From the NCBI RefSeq assembly GCF_003334385.1, contig NZ_QOWN01000037.1: DNA of 42,441 nucleotides. The stretch is one strand, 5' to 3'. The position numbers and the translations under genes are program-made. This stretch comes from Escherichia coli. GTDB taxonomy: Bacteria > Pseudomonadota > Gammaproteobacteria > Enterobacterales > Enterobacteriaceae. Shown in pieces: positions 1 through 7,779 of this stretch (position 1 is the stretch's first letter; every line of letters begins with the position of its first letter). The notes under the pieces are model-generated. The model was given only the letters and a program-made list of their open reading frames with translations. It ran no database searches and was not told the origin of the DNA.

Positions 1-72
1 AACGCGAGGCATCGTCTTAACGAGGCACCGAGGCGTCGCATTCTTCAGATGGTTCAACCCTTAAGTTAGCGC

Positions 73-264
73 TTATGCATCTCTTCCCCTCTTGCCCTGT
101 TTGACCATCAGGACGCCGTTAACTATTGCGTGACGCTCGCCTTTGCTGTCTCTGTTGTACTTGAGCACTGTTCCTCTTGCGCAGGAAAGCATCCTCGCCA
201 CTTCGGTCTGATTGCCTCGTGTCTGGATAAGAAGCTCTGGTATCGTTTGAATCGTGGCGTTCAT
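73..264 (-). CDS. ninH: NinH protein
   Basis: 63-aa translation (IPELLIQTRGNQTEVARMLSCARGTVLKYNRDSKGERHAIVNGVLMV) closely resembles lambda NinH as I recall it; last nin gene before the Q side. Confidence 0.7.
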   Translation of the reverse strand: MNATIQTIPELLIQTRGNQTEVARMLSCARGTVLKYNRDSKGERHAIVNGVLMVKQGKRGRDA

Positions 265-623
265 ACGTTCTCCAGTTCGGTGATTTTTATTCCAAGCCTT
301 CCGCCTGGTACTTTCACACCACGAATTACGCGAATGTCATCGAATTGCTCGTCGTCTTCCGCAAATCCGGCGTGGATAAGGGAGTCGAGTAAACCCTTCA
401 GGATGTTATCGAGGTCGCGGCGGCGGGAGTCTGGAACGTCTGCGATGACTTTGATGCGGAGTCTTGATTTGGTGAAAATGTCTAACTTGAGTTGGCGGAT
501 GATTTGCTGAACGTCTTTTCGGTATTTCTGGCCTTTATCGCTGATGTAGTATTGGCTTCCCCGTCTTCGCCAGTAGGTGTTCACCGACGGCGGGTAAGGA
601 AGCACAAACTGATATTCGTTCAT
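261..623 (-). CDS. rusA: RusA-family Holliday junction resolvase
   Basis: 120 aa with the RusA-like core (RRRDLDNILKGLLDSLIHAGF...DDEQFDDIRVIRG); start overlaps the upstream stop. Confidence 0.8.
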   Translation of the reverse strand: MNEYQFVLPYPPSVNTYWRRRGSQYYISDKGQKYRKDVQQIIRQLKLDIFTKSRLRIKVIADVPDSRRRDLDNILKGLLDSLIHAGFAEDDEQFDDIRVIRGVKVPGGRLGIKITELENV

Positions 624-910
624 GGCTTAATCTTCCCCTCCTTCAGCAGGATCGCCTGCGTCCTGATCACGCCTTCGAGGTGATAAAGTCTGGCGTCTTT
701 GTTGTCGAGATTATGGGTGCGTCGGTCGATTTCATCGTGACACGCGCTACAAGCCCATGCGCCGATCAGGTCGTCAGGCTTCATTCCCGTTCCGCAAATT
801 CCAGCCATCCGGTAATGTGCCAGAACTGTAGTTTCAGGATTACCATTGCATATTCCGTAAATACGTACCTGGCATTCTCTGCCGCGTGCTTCTTTGCGTA
901 GGTTAGCCAT
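620..910 (-). CDS. Cys-rich nin-region protein (DUF1364-like)
   Basis: 96-aa ORF with several Cys pairs (CQVRIYGIC...GICGTG...CSAC), translationally coupled to its neighbours; family assignment is from memory only. Confidence 0.5.
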   Translation of the reverse strand: MANLRKEARGRECQVRIYGICNGNPETTVLAHYRMAGICGTGMKPDDLIGAWACSACHDEIDRRTHNLDNKDARLYHLEGVIRTQAILLKEGKIKP

Positions 911-1179
911 TATGGTTCACTCCAGTAATTCTCAATTGCAGCAGCCATTCTCTGCATCCACTCAGCCAGCTTTAACGCGGCTTCTCTTTCAGAACCACAT
1001 TTAGGGAAATCCTTCATTTCCATGCTGGCCTTATATGTTCTGAATGCCAGGTCTCCGGTAATAACCAACTCCTGATCAAGCACCGAGCGTTTATTCCGGT
1101 GTTGAACGTAATAGACAGATTCAGTCCGCATTTCTTCTCTGTCTTTTTTGAAGGAAATAAGCTCAGAGAAATCACTCAT
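910..1179 (-). CDS. Hypothetical nin-region protein
   Basis: 89-aa ORF whose ATG overlaps the ninF stop (ATGAGTGA); no recognisable motif. Confidence 0.5.
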   Translation of the reverse strand: MSDFSELISFKKDREEMRTESVYYVQHRNKRSVLDQELVITGDLAFRTYKASMEMKDFPKCGSEREAALKLAEWMQRMAAAIENYWSEP

Positions 1180-1348
1180 CGTCTTCTTCCTCGTACATTG
1201 AGCTATTCGGATCGCTCATCAGTTCTGCGCAGCAGTGCTCACACACATGAACTTCCAGCACATGCAGCTTCTGACCGCAGTTAGCGCACGTTAAAGCCCG
1301 CTCGACGCTTTCTTTCTGGTATTGAAGGGATTGGGATGGGCTAAGCAT
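1172..1348 (-). CDS. ninF: NinF protein
   Basis: 58-aa ORF absent from the 60-aa-minimum track, translated by hand: MLSPSQSLQYQKESVERALTCANCGQKLHVLEVHVCEHCCAELMSDPNSSMYEEEDDE, matching lambda NinF as recalled. Confidence 0.75.
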   Translation of the reverse strand: MLSPSQSLQYQKESVERALTCANCGQKLHVLEVHVCEHCCAELMSDPNSSMYEEEDDE

Positions 1349-1700
1349 TATTGGCGTCCTGCATCATGAGAAAGACAATCATGGCAGCACGGAGTGGGTT
1401 TTCATCTTGAGTCATATGATATGGGGTACTATCACTGCCAACTTTTCTATGCGCTGCCTTCCATAATCCATTTTCTGGCGCTGGAATAATGCCAATTCTG
1501 TTCTCTACGATAATCGGCTCTGCGTCTGATGGGCTTTTACAGTAATCAACCGTTTTTATTGCATAACCAGTTTCGTCATCCCACTCAACACCAACGATTG
1601 ATGTTCCCAACTTTGCGATTTCGCAATCTTCGGGAGCAAATCCACAGCAAATTGCCACTCGCTTGTTAATTTCAAAATCACTTAATTGTGAATAATCCAT
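1341..1700 (-). CDS. Hypothetical protein at the ninE position
   Basis: Track ORF 1341..1742; the ATG at 1700 has GAGG 8 nt upstream, giving ~119 aa (alternative starts at 1706 or 1742). Not lambda NinE. Confidence 0.5.
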   Translation of the reverse strand: MDYSQLSDFEINKRVAICCGFAPEDCEIAKLGTSIVGVEWDDETGYAIKTVDYCKSPSDAEPIIVENRIGIIPAPENGLWKAAHRKVGSDSTPYHMTQDENPLRAAMIVFLMMQDANNA

Positions 1701-1845
1701 TGTCATTTCCTCGCACGATGTCTTAGCCACCGGATATCCCACAGGTGAGCCGTATAATTGAAGGTTTTTACGTCAGATTCTTTTGGGATTGGCTTGCGTT
1801 TATTTCTGGAGCGTTTCGTTGGAAGGTATTTGCAGTTTTCACAGA

Positions 1846-2019
1846 TTATGTCGGTGATACTTCGTCGCTGTCTCGCCACACGTCCTCCTTTTCCTGCGGT
1901 AGTGGTAACACCCCTGTTGGTGTTCTTTCACACCGGAGACACCATCGATTCCAGTAAGGTTGATTTGGTCGGAAGCGGTTATCTTCTTTGCATTCACCGC
2001 ACCGATAACATCGCATCAT
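1846..2019 (-). CDS. ninD: NinD protein
   Basis: [57 protein letters not shown]; the ATG overlaps the ninB stop (ATGATG). The track ORF extends further upstream, but coupling favours the 2019 start. Confidence 0.75.
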
Positions 2020-2456
2020 GCTGCCCGATCTCCCCATCGCGCTTTCCATTCGAGAGCCAGTCGCGCTTCGTCTGACCACTTAACGCCACGCTCTGTACCG
2101 AATGCCTGTATAAGCTCTAATAGCTCCGCAAATTCGCTTACACGCATCCTGCTGGTTGACTGGCCTATTACCACAAAGCCATTCCCGGCAAGGTTAGGAA
2201 CAACGTCCTGCTGCTTTAATGCTGCTGTAAAAACGCACTTCCAGCTTTCTGCATCCAGCCAGCGACCATGCCATTCAACCTGACGCGAAACGTCACCAAG
2301 GCAAGCCCAAAGCTTCCGATTTTGGTCTAAGCTGCGGTTGCGCTCCTGAATGGTTACTACGATTGGTTTGGTTGGGTCTGGAAGGATTTGCTGTACTGCG
2401 TGAATAGCGTTTTGCTGATGTGCCGGAGATCGAATTTCAAAGGTTAGTTTTTTCAT
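2016..2456 (-). CDS. ninB: NinB recombination protein
   Basis: Translation from [56 protein letters not shown] matches lambda NinB as recalled; track ORF 2016..2474 has a slightly upstream alternative start. Confidence 0.85.
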   Translation of the reverse strand: MKKLTFEIRSPAHQQNAIHAVQQILPDPTKPIVVTIQERNRSLDQNRKLWACLGDVSRQVEWHGRWLDAESWKCVFTAALKQQDVVPNLAGNGFVVIGQSTSRMRVSEFAELLELIQAFGTERGVKWSDEARLALEWKARWGDRAA

Positions 2457-2484
2457 GACTTCCCTCTCCCCCAAATAAAAAGGC

Positions 2485-2512
2485 CTGCGATTACCAGCAG
2501 GCCTGTTATTAG
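2485..2512 (-). terminator. Rho-independent terminator (tR2-like) between the replication genes and ninB
   Basis: Minus strand reads AGGCCTGC-tggtaatc-GCAGGCCT followed by TTTTTATTT; same position as lambda tR2. Confidence 0.6.
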
Positions 2513-2533
2513 CTCAGTAATGTAGATGGTCAT

Positions 2534-4414
2534 TTAATACTCCGTCACGTTTTCCTGTCGCCACGCCTCGTCATATTCCGATTTCGGCATATTGGCGATG
2601 TAGCTATAAGGCGATCCTGATTCAAGTTGCAGGAACTGGTGCGATTGCTCGTCAAGGAACAACGGGACACCACCTTCCCAACCTTCGCCGTTACGTTGTT
2701 TTTCAAGCATCAAAACAGATGCCGGAGATGCCAGTAGCTGTTCGTCCTTCTCTGACATCTTTTCACCACTCTGAACTCTCTGTAACGCTCTCTCGCGAGC
2801 CTTGTTACGCCAGATGATGAAAAGGTTGTCTGTCAGGTCTGTTATCGCTCCAGAGCCTTTTACGTCCATTTTCCCGGTTGGTTTTTCTTCGCTGTCTCCT
2901 TTTCGCGAGTGAGTAACGAGAATGACGTGGGAGTTTGTTTTGTTTTTGAAGTCGCAAATCAAGTCAACAAACGCCTTCTGCCCGTTATAGTCATCGTCGC
3001 CTATGCCACATTTCATCAGGCTGTCGATGATGAATAACTGGATCCCGTATCGGCGGCGAGCGTAGTCGAATATTTCGATCAGCCTGTCGGCTTTCGCCGT
3101 TCCGGTCAGGCCAAACACCCAAAGTCTTTCGTCATAAAATTTAAATGCAGAGTCAATTTCCAGCACTGGCGGCATCTTGCAGCACGTCGCCTGACGGGTA
3201 AGGCGCTTAAGGAGAATACCAGGCTTCAGCTCAAGTGACGCGATGCACGTCTTCACACCCTGACGCATTGCCTCAAGTGCCATATGCCCGACAACCTCCG
3301 TTTTTCCGTGACCGTTCACACCATTGACCAGCGTCAACTCGGCCTCACGGAACTGGAATTTATCTGCCAGAGATTCCCACGGTGGATTAAACAGATACTG
3401 CTGCTTGCCGTAGAAAGCGTTGATAGTGTCCTGGTAAAACTCTCGCGCGCTGTAGAGTTCTTCAGGATCGAAGTAGGATGCCGTGCCGATGTACTGCCAG
3501 ATTTCATCCTCGGTAACACCGTTCATCAGGCATTCGTTGATGTCTTTGTACGGCAGAGTAACAAGACGGCAACGATGTTCACCGAGTCGGCTTGCGATTT
3601 CCCTTGCGGCTTCACGACCAACATCATCAACGTCCATCGAGATGAATATTTCCTCAAACCTGTCGAGGTTGTGATACTCAAACTCAATCCACTGTTGCTT
3701 AGCGCCTTTCCCGCCACCAAACGGCACGGATAACGCCGAGATGCCGTATTGCGCATAGCTCATACAATCAATTTCGCCTTCGCAAAGTACAACCGCCCTC
3801 ACGCCAGCGTCCAGAGCCTGCCATCCGAACAGACAAGGTTCACAATCACCTTCTGCCATAATGACTTTCTTCCCGTCCGGGCGCTCAGTGCTGATTCGCT
3901 TGACCTGCAACAACTCACCATCGCGTTTGTACGGAAGCACCAGTGCATCAAGTTCTCGTTCTCCATTCCACACCTTGCCGCTGACAACCTCGTAGCGCTT
4001 TACGACTTCTGGCGATATGCCACGCGATTGCAGGTACTCAAGATGGGATTCTGTTCTGGTAACGTAGCGGGCGATTTTCTTGCGGTCAGGTCTGGAGAAT
4101 TTCTTCTCACGTTTGGCATCGAAATGGTGATCGTCATCCTTGATTCCGAGAAAGGCTTTCGCTTCCTGCATAGCCTGATGCAGGTTAATTCCTCGACATG
4201 CCATCCACAAATCAAGCATGTCACCGCCGTCCCCCTCAGCGAAATCAGCCCATTTTTTCTTGCCGCTAAGGTTGACCTTAAGGCTGTTTCCCTTGTCACC
4301 GTTGACGTTACCGGCAACCCACTCATGCCCCTCTTTCTTGCCGTTTGGCAACAGGTGCGGAGCCACCCTGTCAACCTGCGCCCAAAGCAGGTCGCTAAGT
4401 TCACTTGGCCTCAT
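2534..4414 (-). CDS. Replicative primase-helicase (N-terminal TOPRIM primase fused to C-terminal DnaB/SF4-like P-loop helicase)
   Basis: 626 aa; TOPRIM-like LCEGEIDCMS followed by DVDDVG; Walker A GVNGHGKTE and Walker B-like LFIIDSLMK in the C-terminal half; GAGGG RBS; sits where lambda P would be. Confidence 0.7.
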   Translation of the reverse strand: MRPSELSDLLWAQVDRVAPHLLPNGKKEGHEWVAGNVNGDKGNSLKVNLSGKKKWADFAEGDGGDMLDLWMACRGINLHQAMQEAKAFLGIKDDDHHFDAKREKKFSRPDRKKIARYVTRTESHLEYLQSRGISPEVVKRYEVVSGKVWNGERELDALVLPYKRDGELLQVKRISTERPDGKKVIMAEGDCEPCLFGWQALDAGVRAVVLCEGEIDCMSYAQYGISALSVPFGGGKGAKQQWIEFEYHNLDRFEEIFISMDVDDVGREAAREIASRLGEHRCRLVTLPYKDINECLMNGVTEDEIWQYIGTASYFDPEELYSAREFYQDTINAFYGKQQYLFNPPWESLADKFQFREAELTLVNGVNGHGKTEVVGHMALEAMRQGVKTCIASLELKPGILLKRLTRQATCCKMPPVLEIDSAFKFYDERLWVFGLTGTAKADRLIEIFDYARRRYGIQLFIIDSLMKCGIGDDDYNGQKAFVDLICDFKNKTNSHVILVTHSRKGDSEEKPTGKMDVKGSGAITDLTDNLFIIWRNKARERALQRVQSGEKMSEKDEQLLASPASVLMLEKQRNGEGWEGGVPLFLDEQSHQFLQLESGSPYSYIANMPKSEYDEAWRQENVTEY

Positions 4415-4518
4415 GATTCCCTCAGATTGAGATTTTTAAACCAGAAATCGACAAACGAAATACTTAACCAGCCGTGGTTATAACCAGCGACCAGTAACGA
4501 TTTGATTTTTGATTTCAT
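4411..4518 (-). CDS. Small coupled ORF (35 aa) between O and the primase-helicase
   Basis: MKSKIKSLLVAGYNHGWLSISFVDFWFKNLNLRES; AGGTG RBS inside the O 3' end; its stop overlaps the primase-helicase ATG (ATGA). Below the track size cut-off. Confidence 0.35.
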   Translation of the reverse strand: MKSKIKSLLVAGYNHGWLSISFVDFWFKNLNLRES

Positions 4519-4521
4519 GGT

Positions 4522-5382
4522 TCACCTGTCGAAAAACACGTAGCCTGTTTTCGATACGGTGATTGCGGATGATGGTTTGGATTGTGGTTGAATGGTTTCT
4601 GGCTTCTCGTCGTTCCAGCGTTGACCGTTCAGGTAGCTCGATGGTAACAACCTGTCGAATCCGAACTGCTTACCATTCCTGCATGCGATGTCTTCTGCCA
4701 GCATCGTGGCAAACTCGCTTGCCGTACCCCTGGTAGTTTTACGCCATTCCCTGAACTGTGTTCTGAATGCCGAAGCTGCGTTTTTCTTCCCGGCCTTCCG
4801 CATGCCTGCACACCAGAATATTTCCTCGAATGCCTTGTCGGTTTCTTCGTGACGGTCAGGTGATTTTTCACACTCCGTCCGAACACTTTCGGACATAGTG
4901 TTTTTATTATTTCTTTTTTCTTTTGTAATAGTTTCTTTTGTGTGTCCCTGTTTTGGTGACAGCGCTGTCACCGTTTTGGTGACACTTTTTGTCACCAATG
5001 CAGTGACATTATCACCAGAGTAGTGACACCCTTCGATTTGCCATTCCTCGATGTTCTTGTTAGGCCCGATTTGCTGGCCTTCGCGAAGGATAACCTTCAT
5101 CGCGATAAGCTCATTCTTGGCCTTGTTTACCTTCTGTCTTGGCAGCCTGGTAATTTGAGCTAACTGACTATCAGAGATGCGATCCATCTTTTTACCGTAG
5201 CCGTATGTTTTACGGCATATGGCGTGGGCAACCTTGCTCTGATTTTTCGTTAAATCTGCGCCGATAAGCTCTTCATACAGGGCATTTGCAAGACGGGTAT
5301 AACCATCTTCAACTTCTGCCACACGACGCTCCACAGGCCGTTGTGAAGGCCTTAAATGTGTTACGGTTGCAAGATTACTCAT
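4522..5382 (-). CDS. O: Replication initiator O (lambda-O-like N-terminal domain, divergent C-terminal domain)
   Basis: N-terminal region ([56 protein letters not shown]...GPNKNIEEW) parallels lambda O; iterons lie inside the gene. Confidence 0.8.
   Translation of the reverse strand: MSNLATVTHLRPSQRPVERRVAEVEDGYTRLANALYEELIGADLTKNQSKVAHAICRKTYGYGKKMDRISDSQLAQITRLPRQKVNKAKNELIAMKVILREGQQIGPNKNIEEWQIEGCHYSGDNVTALVTKSVTKTVTALSPKQGHTKETITKEKRNNKNTMSESVRTECEKSPDRHEETDKAFEEIFWCAGMRKAGKKNAASAFRTQFREWRKTTRGTASEFATMLAEDIACRNGKQFGFDRLLPSSYLNGQRWNDEKPETIQPQSKPSSAITVSKTGYVFFDR
4895..5031. repeat. Phage replication origin inside O: four iterons plus adjacent AT-rich region
   Basis: GGTGACAGCGCTGTCACC (4955-4972), GGTGACACTTTTTGTCACC (4978-4996), GTGACATTATCAC (~5003-5015) and GTGACACC (~5023-5030) at ~23-bp spacing, each with internal dyad; AT-rich stretch 4895-4940. 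Same organisation as lambda ori. Confidence 0.7.
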
Positions 5383-5521
5383 GACCTTTCTCCTTCTGCA
5401 TCAGCTTCACTTTTTCCAACTCAGCCCGGAATCGACCAGGCTGCTTGAAGCTGGACAGGAAGCGATCACGTAGTATGTGTTTGTGAATTTTGTCCTGGTA
5501 AGGACTGAGTTGTTTTGTCAT
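5375..5521 (-). CDS. Small basic protein (48 aa) between cII and O
   Basis: [48 protein letters not shown]; GGAG RBS 5 nt upstream; its 3' end overlaps the O start by 8 nt. Confidence 0.4.
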   Translation of the reverse strand: MTKQLSPYQDKIHKHILRDRFLSSFKQPGRFRAELEKVKLMQKEKGHE

Positions 5522-5555
5522 AATTACTCCTGTGGATTGATCCAGTCTTTCTACA

Positions 5556-5834
5556 TCAGGCCTCGAAGAATTCGCCGTTCTTCGGGGCTTTTTCTTTTGT
5601 CAGCATTCTGGCTACTTTCTTAGCCAGTTCCGCCAACTCCTCGTCTTCAACACCCCATTCAAGAACAGCCAGAAGCATTCCCATTTTTGGGATGAAGCTG
5701 TCTTTCCATCGCGAAATTTGCGATTCATTAATCCCTAACGCGTCGGCAACCTTTCGCTGACCACGTACAGCAATTCGATTCAGGATGTTGCTTGTAATTG
5801 CATTCGCTTTCTTGCGAGTACTTGTAAGTTGCAT
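5556..5834 (-). CDS. cII: CII transcriptional activator
   Basis: 92 aa with the lambda-CII-like core ([42 protein letters not shown]); located after cro and nutR. Confidence 0.85.
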   Translation of the reverse strand: MQLTSTRKKANAITSNILNRIAVRGQRKVADALGINESQISRWKDSFIPKMGMLLAVLEWGVEDEELAELAKKVARMLTKEKAPKNGEFFEA

Positions 5835-5892
5835 ATGTAAGTATTTCCTTAACTAATAAGAAGTTATGCGCATCAACTTATGCGCGTTGTAT

Positions 5893-5938
5893 TCCCGCAT
5901 TTCGGCGGGAATGAGGACCATGACTGTTAAAGAGCGGT
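5893..5938 (-). promoter_or_regulatory. nutR (boxA plus boxB hairpin)
   Basis: Minus strand carries CGCTCTTTAACA (boxA) then a TCCCGC-CGAAAT-GCGGGA hairpin (boxB); the same elements recur at nutL. Confidence 0.7.
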
Positions 5939-5942
5939 GTTA

Positions 5943-6143
5943 CTATTTGTTTTTCTTGTTGCTTGGGAAAGGACGAACTTCCTCTCCAATCACACTGCCA
6001 TCAGGCTTTACCGTAACCATAATGTTACGGCCTGCCAGAATGGCCTTGCTGATAGCGCACTGGATTACACCAAAGTCACTGGCTGCTTTAGCCTGTCCAT
6101 GGATTTTGGCGTAATCGGCAAGTGTCATTCGAATCATATGCAC
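5943..6143 (-). CDS. cro: Cro repressor
   Basis: 66 aa ([58 protein letters not shown]) close to lambda Cro; the true start may be the second ATG at 6137. Confidence 0.85.
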   Translation of the reverse strand: MHMIRMTLADYAKIHGQAKAASDFGVIQCAISKAILAGRNIMVTVKPDGSVIGEEVRPFPSNKKNK

Positions 6144-6165
6144 TCTCCGTTATTAACCATGAACA

Positions 6166-6233
6166 AAGAATACTACAGGTATTCAAAGCAATCAATACTC
6201 AGGGTATTTTTAGTTTAAGTACCTTAGCTATTA
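6166..6233. promoter_or_regulatory. oR/pR/pRM region: repressor operators with dyad AATAC-N5-GTATT
   Basis: AATACTACAGGTATT (6169-6183), AATACTCAGGGTATT (6194-6208), weaker AGTACCTTAGCTATT (6218-6232), centres ~25 bp apart; minus-strand pR candidate -35 TTGATT and -10 TATTCT overlap the first two sites. Confidence 0.6.
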
Positions 6234-6243
6234 GAATTAAGCT

Positions 6244-6960
6244 ATGGAAAATAAAAAATCACTGACGACAGAACAGCTCGAAGACGCTAAGCGGCTTAAG
6301 GCTTTGTATGAGTCAAAAAAGAAAGAATTGGGAATAACCCAATACTCAATCGCTGATGAACTGGGTATCACCCAAGGAGCGGTAGGGCATTATCTTAATG
6401 GCAGAAACGCGCTAAACGTTGAGGTCGCATCTGGTTTTGCACGATTGTTGCAAGTCTCAATTGCTGATTTTAGCCAGTCAATTGCTGCCAAGGTTGCAGA
6501 ACAGGCAGAAAGCCTTAAGAGCGATGCCAACGTAAGGTATGCAGGGGAATACAGAGCAGGAAAGAGGTATCCGGTGTTAAGCAGTATCCAGGCTGGCTCG
6601 TGGTGTGAAGCATGCGAACCATACACCATTAAAGACATAGATGTTTGGCTTGAGTCTGACGCGCATATTCAAGGTAATGCGTTCTGGCTTAAAGTGGAAG
6701 GTGATTCAATGACGGCACCGGTTGGGTTAAGCATTCCAGAGGGAACATTCGTTCTTTTCGATACCGGAAGGGAGGCGATCAACGGCAGCTTGGTCATAGC
6801 AAAACTTTCTGACTCTAACGAAGCAACATTCAAGAAGCTGATAATCGACGGCGGAAATAAATACCTCAAGGGACTTAACCCTGCATGGCCTCTCGTGCCA
6901 ATCAATGGAAACTGCAAGATTATAGGCGTTGCAATTGAGACAAAACTAAGGCTGGTTTGA
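6244..6960 (+). CDS. cI: CI prophage repressor (HTH plus S24 LexA-like autopeptidase domain)
   Basis: 238 aa; parallels lambda CI in the N-terminal region (LTTEQLEDAKRLKALYESKKKELGITQ) and the C-terminal domain (FWLKVEGDSMTAP...FKKLI); the DNA-binding helix differs. Confidence 0.85.
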   Translation: MENKKSLTTEQLEDAKRLKALYESKKKELGITQYSIADELGITQGAVGHYLNGRNALNVEVASGFARLLQVSIADFSQSIAAKVAEQAESLKSDANVRYAGEYRAGKRYPVLSSIQAGSWCEACEPYTIKDIDVWLESDAHIQGNAFWLKVEGDSMTAPVGLSIPEGTFVLFDTGREAINGSLVIAKLSDSNEATFKKLIIDGGNKYLKGLNPAWPLVPINGNCKIIGVAIETKLRLV

Positions 6961-6979
6961 TCACGCAAGGGGGACGCTT

Positions 6980-7348
6980 ATGGTTGGAACCGCTATAGCA
7001 AGCTTTTTTGGGATGTTGGCAATCTCAACAATTTACGGCTTAGCGCATGCTTTTATTGCGAAATCTCTATCAGAAAAAATAAGCCAGGCTTGGGCGCATA
7101 GATCAGCTCGTTTCATGATTCTAGTGGTCATAGCAATACAAGGGATATCTGCATTTATCCTCTATGGATCAAGCTTATACCTGTTGTATCAAGGCGCGAC
7201 ATTTACGCCTTACACCAGTGATTACGGAACTCTATACGATGGTAGTGAAGACATCTCTATGGCTTGGATCGTCTTTGGTTTATCTATGGCCGTGTCTGTT
7301 GTAGCAGACATCATTAAGGTAATTCTCGTCTTAACCTTCGCTGACTAA
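6980..7348 (+). CDS. Small 3-TM membrane protein co-transcribed with cI (rexAB position)
   Basis: 122 aa with three hydrophobic segments (residues ~4-27, 44-66, 93-120); strong RBS AAGGGGG 7 nt upstream; 19 bp after the cI stop. Confidence 0.6.
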   Translation: MVGTAIASFFGMLAISTIYGLAHAFIAKSLSEKISQAWAHRSARFMILVVIAIQGISAFILYGSSLYLLYQGATFTPYTSDYGTLYDGSEDISMAWIVFGLSMAVSVVADIIKVILVLTFAD

Positions 7349-7489
7349 CCCATAATCCCGGCAGCAATAGCTATCGGGATCCACTTCACATATCCCGCAT
7401 AAAAAGCACTGAACAAGCAGATACCGAAAAAATAAATATCCTTTGTATTCATCTGTTTATCATTATTTCATCAAAAATAAATACCTTGG

Positions 7490-7531
7490 GTATTTACACA
7501 ATAAAATACCTGCAGTATTCTTTAGCCATCA
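7490..7531 (+). promoter_or_regulatory. oL operators and pL promoter
   Basis: AATACCTTGGGTATT (7490-7504) and AATACCTGCAGTATT (7515-7529) match the oR dyads; -35 TTTACA (7503-7508) and -10 TATTCT (7526-7531) with a 17-bp spacer overlap them. Confidence 0.6.
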
Positions 7532-7566
7532 GCAGGACGCTGGTAGCCAAACGGAACAGATTGGCA

Positions 7567-7608
7567 GGCTCTTTAACATTGATGGGATTGTCCCGCCGAA
7601 ATGCGGGA
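7567..7608 (+). promoter_or_regulatory. nutL (boxA plus boxB hairpin)
   Basis: GGCTCTTTAACA followed 12 nt later by TCCCGC-CGAAAT-GCGGGA, identical in hairpin to nutR. Confidence 0.65.
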
Positions 7609-7779
7609 ACCAAAGAGTAGTTGGCTTTGGGGTGTGGTGAAGGGTTCATGGACGGGAATATGTCGCACGTAAAGCGGCGAGGCCTGCGGGACTATTGCCG
7701 AATTGAAGTCGGACGAAGCGGGTCGAAATGGGTCTCCCACCTACCACACCACCAAAGCTAATCATCTGAGGAACAGAAA

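Noticed and set aside
3284-4483. Several ORFs (3284..3733 +, 3749..4483 +, 4000..4404 -, and others) overlapping the primase-helicase gene
   Set aside because: Antisense or out-of-frame to a long, motif-rich gene; no RBS support; translations are low-complexity.
7443-7640. 65-aa plus-strand ORF spanning oL/pL and nutL
   Set aside because: Covers the operator, promoter and nut elements; regulatory sequence explains the region better.
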